DNA of 63,713 nt, counting the filler, from Octopus bimaculoides (Eukaryota): the NCBI RefSeq assembly GCF_001194135.2. It is 4 parts of 4 records of this genome, joined end to end, with 100 filler letters (N's around TTAATTAATTAA, not from the genome) between each part and the next. Parts side by side here need not be neighbours in the genome. Positions count along the whole stretch, not along the records: positions 28,168 to 59,019 come from NC_068984.1; 3 more parts are not named here. One strand, given 5' to 3'. Below are positions 38,138-51,310 of this stretch, one piece after another; the first letter of the stretch is position 1; each line of letters starts with the position of its first letter. The translations under genes were made by a program, and so were the position numbers. The notes below the pieces were generated by a model. That model searched no databases. It saw nothing but the letters and a program-made list of their open reading frames with translations, and was not told where the DNA came from.

Positions 38138-39102
38138 TGTTCCCTAATCTCCAAAGAATAAATTTCTCCCTTTCTCTCATGGCATATCAACTTTCGTGAA
38201 TTTTTGATTCCTAAAATTATCTCCTTTTCTCATATGGAGCTTGCCTGACTTACCTTGGTTAACCATATTTTTAGTATGTTAATGCTTATGTGTATGTGCT
38301 ACTGTGTAGGTGTGAAAATTATTTTACTTTCACTAAAACTCATTGGGGCAGAAAGTATTTTGAGCTGTAGTTAGAAAATGTGATTAAATTCGAAGTCCAT
38401 CAGCTTTCATGAGTGGTCTTTTGAACTTTTAACTCTATTTGAAAATTATTATTCAATACTACCGCTTGGTTTCATCATCATGCATACAGCTGTCTCATCT
38501 CTACTGAATTCATTTATATTATATTTTTATATGTACTTGTATATATTATTTAAATTTATTTTCATATATTTGCAATAACTACTTCCTTCCTCTCCTTATC
38601 CCCTCCTCATTTTTGATAACACCAAGGATGGCCAATTCCCTGAAATTAGATTCAGAACCTTAATTGATAGGAAAACAATATATCTATTTTTACTGATCAT
38701 GCCAAGCAAATTTTACCCAGTGTCAATCTTCCTTACATTGCATATATAAAGACAATATTCTGTATGTATACTTGGAGTTGAATCATTAGTGTAACCATGA
38801 TGTTCTGGTGATTTGATGAGTTAGCTTTCTTTATCTACATTGGTAGGTGAACATTCAACTGTACTGTATAAGGCATTGGATGCATGTTCGCGCAGGCATG
38901 TAAATATAATTTATTATACACTGAAATTATTATTACATCAGGAAGATGCGAAGCGTGCGTAATCTTAAGAATGAGAAGTGATTAAATACATTCACTTCTC
39001 ATACCACCTGACTTTTCATTGTATGTGTATGTTCTAATGTGGACCCTCGTCCACTTGTATGCTATTGTCGGCACTGTAATATTCTTGTCGCCACTACTAT
39101 GT

Positions 39103-39325
39103 TGTGGCAGTATTCCGCGTGTTTATTATCTTTGACTCGTCTATCGTGCTATCGCTGAGAGCTCCTCAAGACAATGACTTTGAAACGTTTACCTTGACGG
39201 TAACTCGAACTCGTATATATCACGTAACTGACACTGACTCCTACTGAGAACTCGTACAACGACTCTGCTACGACTGATCTCCTACAACGACTGACTGCCT
39301 GACTTTATAGTGCCCTCATACCACT
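39103..39325 (-). mobile_element. Possible solo LTR
   Basis: Minus strand shows TATA-like ctataaag, short cgactg-type repeats, aataaa, and ends ...tgccaca. The other terminus is degenerate; flanks atgt/ttgt. Confidence 0.4.
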
Positions 39326-39351
39326 TTGTCATGTGGTAGATACTACAACAG

Positions 39352-39410
<59 letters not shown>

Positions 39411-39754
39411 ATATATATATATATATATATANNNNNNNNNNNNNNNNNNNNNNNNNNNNNNNNNNNNNNNNNNNNNNNNNNNNNNNNNNNNNNNNNNNNN
39501 NNNNNNNNNNNNNNNNNNNNNNNNNNNNNNNNNNNNNNNNNNNNNNNNNNNNNNNNNNNNNNNNNNNNNNNNNNNNNNNNNNNNNNNNNNNNNNNNNNNN
39601 NNNNNNNNNNNNNNNNNNNNNNNNNNNNNNNNNNNNNNNNNNNNNNNNNNNNNNNNNNNNNNNNNNNNNNNNNNNNNNNNNNNNNNNNNNNNNNNNNTGT
39701 GTGTGTGTGTGTGTGTGTGTATTATATATATATATATATTATATTATATTATAT

Positions 39755-39805
<51 letters not shown>

Positions 39806-39889
39806 ACTACGCATGTCTATGCACACATATATATATATATAAATATGTGTGTGTGTGTGCGCGCGTGTGTGTGTGTGTGCGTGTGTGTG

Positions 39890-40092
39890 TGTCTTTGTGC
39901 CTGTGTTTATGCTTCACCACCACCTGACAACCGGCATTGGTTGGTTTACGTCCCCGTAAATTAGCTGTTCAACATAAGAGTCCGATAGAATAAGTACTGG
40001 AGTTAAAACATAAGGACTGGGGTTGATTTGATCAACTACAAACCATTCTATACAGTGCTGTAGCATGGCCGCAGTCCATAGACTGAAACAAA
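39890..40092 (+). mobile_element. SINE family A, 3' half
   Basis: Tail motif match. Confidence 0.7.
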
Positions 40093-40810
40093 GTGAATAT
40101 TAAGGGACAAAAAATGGACGGCTTTAATTTAGATCACTTTAAAACAAGAAGTTTGTATCACAGAACCAGGTGGGTTCGTCTAAATAGGCTTACTATAAGA
40201 GGTTCTTTTTTGTTGATTCCTCTCTTCATTAGATCCTCTTATCACGCATGCAAACTTACACTGACACACGCATACGTGCACATGCGCAGGTACACATACG
40301 CACAAACACTTATTAGAATAATTACATTCATACAAGTATATACGCATCAAACGCCTCAAGCTCATCAGATATTTCCACCACATACACACATACACACACA
40401 CACACACACACATACATATAAGTATATATACAAACACACACACATGTATACATACATACATACATACATACATACATACATACATACATACATACATACA
40501 AATACACATACATACTGACACGCATGCCCAGAAACACATGTAAACATGTACAACACAAACGCACACACACAACCTAAACACGCATCACCATTAATGCATG
40601 CATATAAACATAAACAGCACACACACACACACACACACACTGACAGGCACACACACACATTTACTCGATCATGCAAACGTACATTCGATCATGCATACAC
40701 GAACGTATTTACGCAACCTTAAAAGCAGACATACAAACACACGCACACACAGCGTACACGCAGACACACTCGCAGACATACATAGATACACACACCCTCA
40801 CACACACACA

Positions 40811-40850
<40 letters not shown>

Positions 40851-41041
40851 AACAATCTAGGACGTTCTAAGACAAACATACACATATAAAAGAAACTCAG
40901 TCACTCCAAAACACACACGAAAAATAAGTAGACAACCGTATAAGCTCACACTAAAGCGTACACGCAAAAGAAACACAAATAACACGCTCTCTGTCTGCCT
41001 GTCTGTTTGCTTGTTACTCACTCACTCTGTCTGTCTATCTA

Positions 41042-41072
<31 letters not shown>

Positions 41073-41565
41073 NNNNNNNNNNNNNNNNNNNNNNNNNNNN
41101 NNNNNNNNNNNNNNNNNNNNNNNNNNNNNNNNNNNNNNNNNNNNNNNNNNNNNNNNNNNNNNNNNNNNNNNNNNNNNNNNNNNNNNNNNNNNNNNNNNNN
41201 NNNNNNNNNNNNNNNNNNNNNNNNNNNNNNNNNNNNNNNNNNNNNNNNNNNNNNNNNNNNNNNNNNNNNNNNNNNNNNNNNNNNNNNNNNNNNNNNNNNN
41301 NNNNNNNNNNNNNNNNNNNNNNNNNNNNNNNNNTGTCTGTCTGTCTGTCTGTCTCACCCCCCCCCCTCTCTCTCTCGGCCTTTGTTTCTCATATTTACAC
41401 GCATTCAAATACACACAAACGCACACGCACCTTATTCCGATGTCAGTTATAAAGATGAAACAGCCTCAATGTTTGTAATCTTCGTGTAAACAGGTCTGAA
41501 ACAAACTCGTAGATGATAAAGGAGTTGACAGTGATAACAACAACAACAACAGCAACAGCAGCAAT

Positions 41566-41598
<33 letters not shown>

Positions 41599-41837
41599 AG
41601 CAAGAACAACAACAATAACAACAGCGGCAATAACACGAATAACACCGGGCACAACAATGCACACAAGGAGATACAATGATGACAGCTTCTGTGGTTTTTA
41701 TCTGTTTTGTTTTCACCACATTGTCGTCTGTTCTGAAGATTTCATATAAGTAAATGATTGAGAAACATCAACGATCCATAGCTTGAACTCTTTTATCTAA
41801 CTCGAACAGGCTGTGTGTCATTTCTACGATTTCTACG

Positions 41838-41886
<49 letters not shown>

Positions 41887-42162
41887 NNNNNNNNNNNNNN
41901 NNNNNNNNNNNNNNNNNNNNNNNNNNNNNNNNNNNNNNNNNNNNNNNNNNNNNNNNNNNNNNNNNNNNNNNNNNNNNNNNNNNNNNNNNNNNNNNNNNNN
42001 NNNNNNNNNNNNNNNNNNNNNNNNNNNNNNNNNNNNNNNNNNNNNNNNNNNNNNNNNNNNNNNNNNNNNNNNNNNNNNNNNNNNNNNNNNNNNNNNNNNN
42101 NNNNNNNNNNNNNNNNNNNNNNNNNNNNNNNNNNNNNNNNNNNNNNNNNNNNNNNNNNNNNN

Positions 42163-42220
<58 letters not shown>

Positions 42221-42428
42221 ATATATATATATATATACATACATACATATGTGTGTGTGTGTGTGTATATATATGTAATGTATGTGTGGATGTGTGGGCA
42301 TGTATATGTTCGTTTGTATGTATATATGTATATATATATATAGAGAGAGAGAGATAGAGAGAGAGAGATAGATGGATAGATAAATAGATAGATAGATAGA
42401 TGGATAGATAGATAGATAGATAGATAGG

Positions 42429-42484
<56 letters not shown>

Positions 42485-45400
42485 GTGATTTTGCAATCGC
42501 CTATTTAGACGATATCCTAATAAAAAGCGAATCACACGTTCAATATTTAGAACACGTAAAGAGGGTATTCGAAAAGATAAGAGAATATGGTTTTAAGTTA
42601 AGTGAAGGAAAAATACGAGTTCTTTCTGAAAAAAATAAAATCCTTGGGTCATATAATAGATGAAAACGGACGGGAGTCGGGTCCATTCAGAGCAACTGCG
42701 ATAAAAATATGCCCACGACGAATAATATGACTATACTACAAGCATTCTTGGGATTAGTAAATTACTACCAAATTTATATTCCCAATATATATAATTTAAG
42801 GTCCCCGCTCCATGAGTTGTCAAAAATAAATGCAAAATGGTGTTGGACTAAGTGCCAGAAGGCATTTGACGAAGTAAAAAACATTTTAACATCGAACTTA
42901 TCGATAATGCATTTTGATCCGAAGCTGGATATTATACTGGTTACAGATGCGAGTGCTTACGGTATAGGAGCAGCGCTTCTGCACAATTATGATGATGGGA
43001 GTAAAAAGGCTATAGCCCATGTCTCACGATCGTTACTACCTGCAGAAAGGAATTATAGCCAAGAAGAAAAGGAAGCGTTAGCAATCATATTCAATGTGAA
43101 AAAATTCTATAGATTTATTCATGGAAGAAGTTTCTGTCTACAAACGGATCATTTCCCACTATTGTCAATATATGGTTCTAAAACAGGAATACCAACACTC
43201 ACAGCTAATAGACTATAGCGTCGGGGCACTACATTATAGAATTATGATTACAAAATGGAATATTTACCGTCAAAAGATCTAGGGCATGCGGATAGTGGAT
43301 CTATTTCAAAACGGGGGCACCAGTTTTCATTTATGTTTTATGTAGTGTTTTTGGTACCGAAAGACTTTCAAACTTCGTATACTTATCTATTTTGTGTTAT
43401 AGAACAGAAAAAAAATGTTTGTATTCGAATTTATTTCATGNNNNNNNNNNNNNNNNNNNNNNNNNNNNNNNNNNNNNNNNNNNNNNNNNNNNNNNNNNNN
43501 NNNNNNNNNNNNNNNNNNNNNNNNNNNNNNNNNNNNNNNNNNNNNNNNNNNNNNNNNNNNNNNNNNNNNNNNNNNATTTCGATAATTTCTACTAATCACT
43601 GACGTCTATTCAGTTGAAAACAGTTAGCGCTGTAACGGTGTATATCGTATTAATCCACTAACCCTAACCCTAACCCTAACCCTAAAACTAACCCTGACTC
43701 TAGAATCCGAACTCTAAAATTGTTACACACATAGATACGCACAGCGTAATTTATTATATAAACAATATATGCGTATAAATTACGATTAAACCGGATGAAA
43801 TATGTCAGAGGGAATAACATTTTTATGACCGCCCAGCAGTAACTCTATTCAGCTGAATAGACGTCAGTGATTGGTTGAAATTACAGAAATACGACAACTT
43901 TAACATGGAATAACTTGCGATGTACGTTTTTTTGTTAAGAAGACTAAGAGTAAAAGATGTTTTATATGACACATTCTACCAGTGTCCCAAGTTTCAAAGT
44001 GTTTCGTTAGTGTTTCGTTAAGAAAATACTGGTGCCCCCGTTTTGAAATAGACCCCGGATAGTTTGTCCAGATAATACAGAAACGCTGCGAGCCAATCGA
44101 AGATACGGTAATCGCAGCATTAAGATCAGAAGGAGAAATAAAAAGAAAACGTAATGTGGAATGTGGTACGCGAATTTCCTGTGACCCTTGAAGATATAAA
44201 ACGAAATGTGGAAAAGGACAAAATCATAACAGAAATAAAATACTGTGAACAGGAAAAGTAAATAGGAACAGGATTGATGCGAAACGAAACCAAGACGTGA
44301 TGGCGTATTGACGTATGCGCAGAGAGTAGTAATACCTGAAGCACTGCAAAAGAAAATGTTGAGAGAATTTCATGTTGGACATCCTGGTATTTCGAGGATG
44401 AATGTTTTAATGAGTAGCTACATGTACTGGCCAAAAATGTATTAAAAAATCGAAAATTTAGTGAAAGGTTGTAGAGGATGTGCTCTAGCGGCAAAATTAC
44501 AGACGATAAAAAGTGAACCTTGGCCAAAAGTAGATGTTCCGTGGTCGAGACTACGCATCGATTTGCTGGTCTCTTAAATGGTTCATACTACTTGGTGGTA
44601 GTAGATAGTTTCTCTAAATAGCCAAAAATTTGTAAATGTAAAATCCAACCTCCTCAACTACGACAAACTTTCTACATGAGCTGTTCGTGAGATTTGGCGT
44701 CGCAGACACGATAGTGTCTGACAATGGAACGCAATTGGTGTCTTTTGAGTTTAAAATGTTTTGTAAAGGGTTCGCTGTAGAACATGTAACTACGGCGCCA
44801 TACCATCTCAGATCTCACCAACAAGCAGAACGCTTTGTCGATACGTTCATTCAAGAGAGCGCTAAGAAAGTCGAATAAGTAAGTCACAGATGAGGCAGCA
44901 TTACAACAATTCTTACGAGTATATCATGTGACACCAAATCCAAATACACCAGCGGAGCTGATGTTTGCGAGGAAAATAAAATCAGTCTTCGATAAATTGT
45001 TACCCGGCTATTTCAAAAGTGGTGAAAATGCATTTGTTAGGGCATATAAGAACGGAAAACAAAGTTGGGAAGATGGCGTGATTACCAAACGCATAGAAAA
45101 ATGCTATACTTGGTAAAAGGAAGAAAAGGGGTATACAAGGGACACATAAATCAACTAAAAAAAAGGTTCGTTGAGAGCGAACCCAAGAGAATGGAAGAAT
45201 CAATGGAATGGTTATATGGTGCTTTTCAATTGAACCCAGACGCATAAGCGAAAGAAAAAGAAAATGTATAGAGTTCCTGAAAGTGGGTGGCAAACGAAAA
45301 AAAAATTAAATTCGTAATTGTATGAAAAAAAACTCAAAAAGAGGAGGTGGAGTTCTGTAAAGATTATTGCAAATGAAAAGAAATAAGTTACACTCCCTAA

Positions 45401-45609
45401 TATAAAATAACTTATAAGGGGAAATATTATGGGATAATAATAATGGAACACCCCTCCCACGTGACGAGTGGTATGTGTTAATCGTTAAAAATATTGTGAC
45501 GTCGAGAAATCGGGGTAGTCGGTCATAGATAGTCGTGTCTTTCTCGTCTAACTAACTATACTGCTATACTGGAATGGACGTTATGACAGTCCGACATTGA
45601 ATTACAACA
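42485..45609 (+). mobile_element. 5'-truncated Ty3/Gypsy LTR retrotransposon (RT-RNaseH-integrase) with 3' LTR
   Basis: RT YLDD at 42502-42513; RNase H (LVTDASAYGIGA, NYSQEEKEALAII, HADSLSR); integrase (HVGHPGI..CRGC, IVSDNGTQ, APYH..AERFV); polypurine tract aagaggaggtggag; LTR TGTAA..TTACAACA at 45356-45609. Many stops and frameshifts. Confidence 0.92.
43297..44055. mobile_element. Foldback/MITE with 27-bp TIRs, long imperfect arms and an 8-bp TSD (MULE- or Merlin-like), inserted in the Gypsy
   Basis: TSD cggatagt at 43289-43296 and 44056-44063; TIR gg(a/g)tctatttcaaaacgggggcaccag; inner inverted repeat 43576-43618 vs 43848-43890; core (TAACCC)4 at 43659-43682. Confidence 0.88.
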
Positions 45610-45874
45610 GTAAGGGTGGCTCAACCTAAAAAGGAGTGCACTCTGTGTGTTCAATTTGGTGCACCACCTAAATTCTGATTTGAATTGCAGTTGAACATGC
45701 GATTTTGTTACTGCCTTTCTAAAGCGGCTAGAAGTGGCTTCCTCTTGAGCATGTAGGTATGACGCAATACTCGATCTATGGAATCCTCGCTCGACACGAT
45801 GTTCCAGTCGCTGGGATATTCTAGAAACAGCTGTTAGAGACTATGTACACCTTTTTATTATTATATAGCAAAAT

Positions 45875-45992
45875 TAAATGTCTCTGTCAGTCCCACTGCG
45901 TGACACCTTGGACAAGTGTCTTCTACTATAGCCTCGGGCTGACTAAAGTTTTGTGAGTGGATTTGATAGACGGAAACTGAAAGAAATCCGTC

Positions 45993-46044
<52 letters not shown>

Positions 46045-46258
46045 GTATATTTATGTGTGTGTGTCTTTATGTCTTTGTTTGTCCTCTCGACCATCACTTG
46101 ATAATAGATGCTGGCGTGTTTATGTCCCCGAAACTTAGCGGTTCGGGAAAAGAAATCGATAGAATAAGTACTAGCCTTAAAAAGAATGTCCTGGGCTCGA
46201 TTTCTTCGATTAAAGGCGGTGCACTGAAACATGTAAATAGAGTAGAAGAGTAAATGAG
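45875..46258 (+). mobile_element. SINE family A (head truncated)
   Basis: cagtcccactgcgtgacaccttggacaagtgtcttc..., internal (TA)n, tail. Confidence 0.82.
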
Positions 46259-47896
46259 TATATATGATATACATATATATTGTAAATAGTATATGCGTAT
46301 ACATATATTGTATACATACATTATAATGTGTACATACATACATAATACATACATATATACATACATACATACATACATACATACATACATACATACAAAT
46401 ATATATATGTATATACATGCATACATACACATATATAATATTCCACGTTTTCTCACATTTTCTTATACACTTTCTCTCAAGTTTCTCTTATCAACTGACT
46501 TGCTTGGCAGTTCCATAAAATCTAAAAACGAAAATATACATTGAAAAATTAAACTCGGTATGTAAGAAGTTGAATAAAAATGTTCATTGTCTTTATACAT
46601 TTATAGAAAAACACAAGATCTGTGTTAGTCATATCGAGGTTTGTATATAACTTACGTAGCGCTAGCAGATTGTACGTAAAAAAACATCGATTTTTTTTTT
46701 AATATTTTTTATTGCGTCTTTCATTACATGTTTCCAACTGACAAACGGCTGGTTCACTGTATTTCTGATGGTGAAGATGATAGGAGAGTGTTTGTAATTC
46801 GTCACAGAACAAATATCTGAAGCGACTGTGTTCGTAGGATACTGACTTTTCGGTTTTCTCATCGATATTTATATTTTTTGTTAATATATAGCGATGAGAA
46901 TTACACACACATATGCACATGCGCGCGCACACATACATACACACACATACATACACACACATACATACACACACATACATACACACACATACCCACGCGC
47001 GCGCACGTGCGCGCAGGCACGCACAGGGGCTCACAACGCAAATATCTCTAGCGAAAAGCAACTAATTTGACCGCTGGCACGACTTCAGAATCCGTCAGTT
47101 GCCAAACTTATTTTTATCTGACAAACAAAAGCGAAAGTTATGTCTTAAACTCAAAGAGCTCCAAATTCGTATGTTTGATTCTATTTTGTGTTTAATACTA
47201 TTAAAAAAATAAATATGTATTATCCAATCCCCGGAAATATTAACCTACGAGATATTTTCTAATAAATAAACCGTACAAATAATATATATTTACATTTTGT
47301 TATGCATAAGTAGCTTGCCCATTTCACCTGGCTCTCATACAACTTTGGTTTTGTTTTCTATTGACCGAAGAAAAAAGAATCACATAGAATACTAGAAGTT
47401 GAGGAGGCCTACATAGTAACTTTTCACATTAAGTGTACAGCGTAGGGATATTGGTTCAGCATCTCTCAGGGTAATGTTATTTTTTTTAAATAAAGCTATA
47501 TCGTTATCGAGTATTCAGACAACATATTCAGACAACAAAATCAAAAGCGGATGTCGGGGCGAGCCAATTTACATAAGGTATAATACACATGTGTGTGTGT
47601 ACACGCATAATACATACATATATGCACGCTCACACATAACTACATGCATACACACACNNNNNNNNNNNNNNNNNNNNNNNNNNNNNNNNNNNNNNNNNNN
47701 NNNNNNNNNNNNNNNNNNNNNNNNNNNNNNNNNNNNNNNNNNNNNNNNNNNNNNNNNNNNNNNNNNNNNNNNNNNNNNNNNNNNNNNNNNNNNNNNNNNN
47801 NNNNNNNNNNNNNNNNNNNNNNNNNNNNNNNNNNNNNNNNNNNNNNNNNNNNNNNNNNNNNNNNNNNNNNNNNNNNNNNNNNNNNNNNNNNNNNTA

Positions 47897-47938
<42 letters not shown>

Positions 47939-48699
47939 CATATACATACATATACATATATATACATACATATAATATATCTGTGCATCCATGCATACAT
48001 ATGCAGAGAGTGTAAATGGCAAATACAAATACATACAAAACACAAAACTCTTGCGTACTTGTGTACGAGATAATTAAGGTTTCCCAGGGAACCATTTCAA
48101 AACGGAGGGCTATCTTTAGTGCTCATCTTGTCCACCGATGCCAATCTCAAAAACGTTCGGTTTGAACCCATCAAAAGAATTTAGTAAAGTTTCAAATGTA
48201 TGAAGCATCATAAAAATATAAAAGTTTCTATTTCTCTCGATAATCTTTGCTGAAATGTTTATTTATCATTAAAAAGAGAATTTAAAGATTCTGCAGTTAG
48301 CCAATAATACCCACGCCTGCTATTTGTAATTGATATTTGAAAGATCATAAAGATTATGAAATGAATTGCATATAACTCGGGGGAAAATGACGTAAGCATC
48401 GTTTTAACTTGCTTACTAAAATCGAATGTACTAATTATTATCCTCCTATTAAGCTCTAACATCCCGGCAGGGAACATCTTCATGAGGATAAATCTACACA
48501 GTGGGAAGAGAGTCATTTTAGCTTTGGCTTGCAACCCCTTAGAGATAGTGTTTCAATAAAAACACTATCTCTAAAATAGTGAAAGAGTGTGAACGTGACA
48601 ACGCTGAACACGAAGAATAAAAGCAGAGCAAGGACAGGAATTAGCAGAGACCAATAACTCTCCACAAAAGAAACAGCTACTCGGATGATGGTAAATTTT

Positions 48700-50010
48700 A
48701 CTTTGTGGAAGGAAAAATTGTAACAGAGAAAGAAAGAGGCTTACAACTACATCTGAATGAGGTGCGAAACAGCGTATGAAAGAGGCTGCCAGTTCTGAGA
48801 GGAATCGAAAGAGAGAAACTATATAAAGTAGCGAAAAAGATTGAAAAACTACATCGAAAACATAACAAACCTAGACGGTCTTGTATATTGCACAACCTCT
48901 GTCGCTGAGCAAAGTTTTGGGGTTAAAAGTGAAAGAAAAGCAAAGAACAAAGCCCCATGGTAGGAACGAAAGCTTGTACAGCTCAAGAGAGACCTTGACG
49001 GATAAATGCAATCATAAAAAAGAAGAGGATGAGGGAAAGACACAGGAACGAACTGCAAAGAAAGAACAACATAAGACACAGGACTGCAAGCAGTTAAAGG
49101 CAAACAAAAGCAAAATCAAAGCAGTGTCAGGTGGGGGTACCAACAGGGAACAAATCAGTACCAACAGAATAGACTATCTAAGAACAACGAAAGAAAAGTC
49201 TATAAACAACTGAACAATCAAGAGGAACATCAGGGAAATGATATGTCAGATACTTAAGCAGCAAGGAAATTCTGAGCAGAAATTTGGAGCAAAGAAATCC
49301 GACAAAATACAAAAGCCGACTGGTTACGGAAATTTAAAAGAGAAATGGAAGCTGAAGTAACACAAGAAAATATAACAATCAAAATGAAAACCCCTGCATC
49401 ATATGGTGTCCAAGGTTTCAAGCTTAAAAATCGCCCAAGTATACACAGTTATATCGGACCATTTTTTACTGCCTGCATAAAAAATGGAACACCAAATAGA
49501 TGAAAAAAGGAAGGGCAGTGCTGGCACAGAAGGACAAAAAAAAAAAAACAAAGAGGGAAAGTCGGCAATTATAGACCTATTATTTGCTTACCATTACCCT
49601 GGAAAATATTAACTGGCCTCATTACAGATGAAGTACACAATTTTATGGAAAAGTAGAATCTATTGCCAAAGGAACAAAAAGGATGTAGGAAGGAATCCAG
49701 GGGACTGCTGATGTGCGATATATAGATAGTAGAAGAGGGATTTAGCTGTTGGATGGATAGATTACAGCAAGGCTTACGACAATATCCCATACAGCTGACT
49801 CTTGGAGTGTCTGAAAATGCTAGGAGTCAATGGAGAAAGCAATGATTGTGGGAAGGAAAAAGCGAACATGTGCAAATGAATCGCTGGGCGACGTGAAAAT
49901 ACGCAGGGGGGATTTTTCAGGGAAACTCGCTCTTTCCATTACTTTTCGTCATTGCGCTTATCCCTTTCACAAGCATATTAAGAAACTCCAGGCCTGCCTA
50001 TGAGTTTATC
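48700..50010 (+). pseudogene. R4/Dong-like LINE reverse-transcriptase fragment
   Basis: QYQQNRL..NNERKVYKQLN; NYRPIICLPLPWKILTG; LLPKEQKGCRK; WIDYSKAYDNIPYS; RRGIFQG.SLFPLLFVIALIP. Many lesions. Confidence 0.85.
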
Positions 50011-50300
50011 CCCACCAACGCGGCCCAAAGAAAAAGCAGCGGAAGTTAGTGCTACTTATTACAATGCAAACAAGCAGGAGTGCCTAATCACAAAATCATT
50101 TCAAAACGAAATGAATTAATTTTCAATACTGCAAGAATACAAATATTTTGATGGGGAAGAGAATTTAGTCGGTTCAATGAACCATCAGTACTTGACTGCT
50201 ACATTAATTAACCTGCCCTGAAAATTGAAATCGGCGGATTTAAAGTCGGAACGTAATGAAGTGTAAACATGATGTAATAATTCTTTTATATTTGGGCACA

Positions 50301-50685
50301 GGAGGCGCAATAGCCCAGTGGTTAAGGCAGCGGACTCGCGGTCATAGGATCGCGGTTTCGATTCCCAGACCGGGCGTTGTGAGTGTTTATTGAGCGAAAA
50401 CACCTAAAGCTCCACGAGGCTCCGGCAGGGGATGGTGGCGAACCCTGCTGTACTCTTTCACCACAACTTTCTCTCACTCTTACTTCCTGTTTCTGTTGTG
50501 CCTGTAATTCAAAGGGTCAGCCTTGTCACACTGTGTCACGCTGAATATCCCCGAGAACTACGTTAAGGGTACACGTGTCTGTGGAGTGCTCAGCCACTTG
50601 CACGTCAATTTCACGAGCAGGCTGTTCCGTTGATCGGATCAACTGGAACCCTCGACGTCGTAAGCGACGGAGTGCCAACGACAAC
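50301..50685 (+). mobile_element. Young full-length tRNA-derived SINE with an 11-bp TSD
   Basis: TSD atttgggcaca at 50290-50300 and 50686-50696; A box tagcccagtgg; B box ggtttcgattcc; short (AAC)-like tail. Confidence 0.9.
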
Positions 50686-50709
50686 ATTTGGGCACAATGT
50701 CAGCAATGT

Positions 50710-51045
50710 TAAGGGAAATGGGGCTCGTCGACTACATTGACCCCAGTTCTCAACTAGTAGTTTTTTTATCGACGCTGAATTGAACACGGCAGAATTTGAA
50801 CTGAAAGTGTAAAGAACGAGGAGAAACGCCGCTAAGCATTTTGTCCGACGCGCTATTGTAATAATCCTTTCTGTTGTAGGTATAAAGGCAGCAATTTCGG
50901 GGAAGGGGGCAAGTCGATCACATCAACCTCAACTGGTATTTATTTTATCAACCCCGAAAAGATGAAAGCCAAAGTCGACCCAAGCGGAATTTGAACTCAG
51001 AACGTAAAATCAGAAGAAATGCCGCTTAGCATTTTGTCCGGTGCA
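50710..51045 (-). mobile_element. Two tandem SINE family C copies
   Basis: Reverse complements of the family C head and centre, repeated twice. Confidence 0.7.
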
Positions 51046-51084
51046 GTGTTGTAATAATACCAAGCCTGTCGAACCAGCGAAAGA

Positions 51085-51310
51085 GCTTCTGGGTGGTCAG
51101 TCGATCCGCTAGCAAAAACAAACAGCCATTCTCCTCCATATGACGTACAACCGCTTAGAAAGAGTATTTACAATATTATAACGTTGTTTGGATCAACAAC
51201 ACCACACGACCTAAAAAGTAAAAGTAACGATGTGGTAGTTACAGTTGGAACGATATTTATCGTTCGAAGGCCTGCTCAGTCAAGTCGGATCTGAGGCTAA
51301 ACAACAACAC
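51085..51310 (+). mobile_element. Diverged SINE family D copy
   Basis: Ends tcggatctgaggctaaacaacaac. Confidence 0.5.

Noticed and set aside
43659-43682. True telomere or chromosome fusion site
   Set aside because: Only four units, enclosed within a TSD-flanked element.
48539-48574. Perfect 15-bp-arm hairpin ttagagatagtgttt/aaacactatctctaa
   Set aside because: Short, AT-rich, single instance; no function can be supported.
50301-50375. tRNA gene
   Set aside because: No acceptor-stem closure; it continues into a SINE body bounded by a TSD.
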